A stretch of DNA of 61,995 nt, the filler included, from Gonapodya sp. JEL0774 (Eukaryota): NCBI GenBank assembly GCA_027604505.1. It is 12 parts of 12 records of this genome, joined end to end, with 100 filler letters (N's around TTAATTAATTAA, not from the genome) between each part and the next. Parts side by side here need not be neighbours in the genome. Positions count along the whole stretch, not along the records: positions 56,954 to 61,995 come from JADIIX010000798.1; 11 more parts are not named here. One strand, written 5' to 3'. Positions 59,336 through 61,995 of this stretch are shown piece by piece. Position 1 is the first letter of the stretch. Each line of letters opens with the position of its first letter. Below the pieces are notes generated by a model, which ran no database searches, was not told the DNA's origin, and saw only the letters and a program-made list of their open reading frames with translations. The translations under genes were made by a program, and so were the position numbers.

Positions 59336-60970
59336 ATGGAACTGGATAATCACAATGGACAATGCACAGCTCTTGCGATCGCCGTGGATAACCCTTGGGT
59401 CCTCACTCTTCCGCCAAAAGTAGTGGCTCGAATTCTATTCTATCTGGATCCTCCCACCGTTTACTCTGTGCTACCTCACGTCAGCCGAGGCTTCCACTCG
59501 CTTGTCGCACCTCACTTGGACCGTCTCCCAGTTCTTGTGACTTTCACGTATGGTGAATCGTGTGGTCTTTCCACCGGAAATTCTCAGCAATCCAGCAGTA
59601 TGGAGGATGCCACGAATTTGTTTCGGCTGGGCTTCAGCCTCGCCAAAAAGCCTCGGTTGGAGTGCCTGCCTATTTTCAGCACCGTGCGGGTGGAACAACG
59701 TGAACTTTCCCGCAGAGGGTCAGCGACACCGATTCAACTACGTGACCGTACTTTTGTCAGGTATCTTCCGTGGTCGGCACGCCAAGATTCTCAGTCATCT
59801 GCAGGAACTTCGAACCTTGATTCCTACACAAACATCCTTGTTGGGGCACATCTCACGCTCACCCTCAATTGGAATCGCGCTCGCAGGTCATCTCACATCA
59901 TTCCTGCCTACCGCAACATCGACAATCTCCTCAGTCTTGCCACAGACGCCGCCGAATCGGCTCTTCAACGACGGCTCACTGTGATTCCGCACACACTTGT
60001 CACTACTCCCTCTGGAACATGCACCCACTCCGTAGAATCTCTGGCACGTGCTCTGAAAATTCAAAGACTCTATGTGCAACGTGGTAGCTCACCGCTAAGA
60101 TGGAATGGGTCAGTGGTTCCAGATGTGAAGGCAGCAGCGCTGTCGGTTTGCTGCCACCATGAACTGAGAGGCATGGAACTAGGCGGGTGGACCGGGCTAG
60201 AGCGACTCAAAGTGGAAGCAAGCAATGGTGAAGCGAGTATGGCAAGTCTTCTCTCAGGGCAAGCGATGCAGCCAGGTGGCAGTCATCTTGCGGATCTAGA
60301 TCTGAAAACCAGGAGGGGAAAATTTCAAGATCCGTGAGTGGAGTGCATAAAGCGTCAATCGGGAACATAGTAAATGCATGGTGCATGTCGACATTTCTCT
60401 AGGCTCGGACTTTGTCTCCTGATTCCGTCTCTTATTAATCTTACACACCTCCAAGTCACGAACTGGCACTTCCCTAGCAATTCCGTACCAGACTCTGAAT
60501 TCTCTCTTCTTTACGACACATTCGTATCCTTACCGTCCAAGCTCCCTAATCTGGTTTCATTCGGCGACGTGCTTTACTGGCAAGATCGTCTGTCCACTCA
60601 ATCTGCAAAAGGAGGTTATGACAAGCTCGAACAAGTAGGACTTCGTTTGTACGGTCCCACAAGCGGTAACATGAACATGGCCTCACAGTGGAAAGGCGCG
60701 GGCTTGGATATTGCGAATGCATGCCCGAACATTCGAAGTTTGCGTGCGGTCGGCGATTTCGGTGCAGACACCGCAGAGTGCATGCGGACCCTGGCGCAGT
60801 CTATGGCATCAGGCGAGCTTCGGTGCAAGAAGTTGACGAAAATTATTTTCAGTGTCCACCCGGACGATATTGAGGTGGTGCGAGACTCCGTGGTACCAGG
60901 CGTTAGCGGAATCGAAATCACAGCGGAGGTGGCACCGCAGCTGTGGGAGCACGAAGACGAAAGCCCGTAG
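59336..60970 (+). CDS. F-box-like protein, two exons
   Basis: VLTLPPKVVARILFYLDP...LPHVSRGF, and later LPNLVSFG and CPNIRSL LRR-like motifs. A GTGAGT donor lies near 60334. Confidence 0.65.
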
Positions 60971-61166
60971 ATTAGGGGGTTATCATCGGGCGTATACGCT
61001 TCATATCGTATGCGTAGAAAATATATCAATATTTCATTTGAAGATCCACACAAAACTCGCAACTTGAATATGTCCAAATACTACGTACTGTCAATACAAG
61101 TACAAGAAAAGCTCCAAGAGTAATTTTATCATCTCTCCAGAGTCGGTTCATCTGAGTAATGTCCCC

Positions 61167-61995
61167 TCAAAACTTCTGGTCGCCCATTCCCTCGAGCACG
61201 AAGGCGTTCCCCATGCTCATGTCACCCAGTCTTGACGGCGGGGCGAGCGACGAGCTACCACCGCCACCACTTGTGACGCCGCCAGCGGCAGCGGGCATGA
61301 AGATCACCTGTGGCGAAACGGATTAGTGAATCGTGCCAATACTGGGGCACCACAATTGGTCCGAAATGGGCTTACCTTTGTTCCAGCCTTGGACGCCATA
61401 CTGGTGAGAGTCTCGAGGTACCGGATTTGCATGGCGGCAGGCTAAAACGGACGACTATCAGTTAGACATTGGACGTATGACGAACCACGCCATTGGCTTG
61501 TGACTTACGGTGTTCAAAATATCCGAGGCCTCCCTCATGAGCTTCGCAGCGTTGACTAGAAATTACAGCGTTAGCATCTGTTTCCAACAAAGGAACTCCC
61601 TGAATCCGCGATGTTCACCTTCCGCTTGCGCTGCGATGACTTTACTTTCACCGATCCGCTTCTGCTTGGCGGCGGAAGAGAGGGTCTCCACAAGCTCATT
61701 GGAGAACTGCAGATCCTTGATGAGCATGCTCTCGACGCGGACCTGGTGTAGGAAGTGTCATTGAGAAGCGCCCTAGTCTTGAAGGAAGACTGGTACTCAC
61801 ACCCCATTCCTCCGCTGGCTTCTCGATAATTTCCTGTACCTCGTGGGCGATGGTTTCACGGTTTTCTATGTAACGCGAAGAGCGATTAGGATCACTGACG
61901 TGAAATCGCAGAGTGAGACCACCACGATCGCCCTCACCGATGCAGTCTTGGAGAACTCTCTGACCAAGAATTTGTCTCAACGTCGTCTGAGTACG
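61167..61995 (-). CDS. Stomatin / band-7 (SPFH) protein, C-terminal part
   Basis: QTTLRQILG, RETIAHEV..IIEKPAEEWG, VESMLIKDL, AAKQKRIGESKVIAAQAE, AAKLMREASDIL and AAMQIRYLETL. Confidence 0.93.

Overview
This window is not one locus. It is a concatenation of 12 unlinked contigs of about 5 kb, sorted by decreasing length and joined by artificial 100-nt spacers (N44-TTAATTAATTAA-N44), so adjacency is meaningful only inside a contig. The DNA is eukaryotic and intron-rich (short GT-AG introns, TTAGGG repeats). Gene content suggests a fungus, probably an early-diverging zoosporic one such as a Gonapodya-like monoblepharid; this is inference. Most contigs carry ordinary spliced genes: an APC permease, PAM16, GPN2, an ACOT13-like thioesterase, SFT2, a RanBD1 protein, an MBOAT, an ERG25-like oxidase, a TetX-like monooxygenase, stomatin and several F-box genes. 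Three things stand out. (1) Contig 41481-46544 is intronless and virus/plasmid-like. A primase-Zn finger-D5/SF3 helicase gene is followed directly by a mirror-symmetric iteron array (TGCCGCG-type heptamers spaced 22/20/20/9 on both arms around an 89-bp AT-rich core), resembling a pri-rep-ori module. This element is repeated at a 1989-bp offset behind a second gene that carries a copy of the helicase C-terminal domain fused to AntA-like and GIY-YIG-like domains. (2) A TM6SF1/2-like tandem-EXPERA protein is fused in frame to an 11-beta-HSD1-like SDR. (3) A PNP_UDP-NB-ARC-TPR NLR continues into a ribonuclease-inhibitor-type LRR exon and runs into TTAGGG repeats. All family calls come from motif recognition by eye; no database searches were run.
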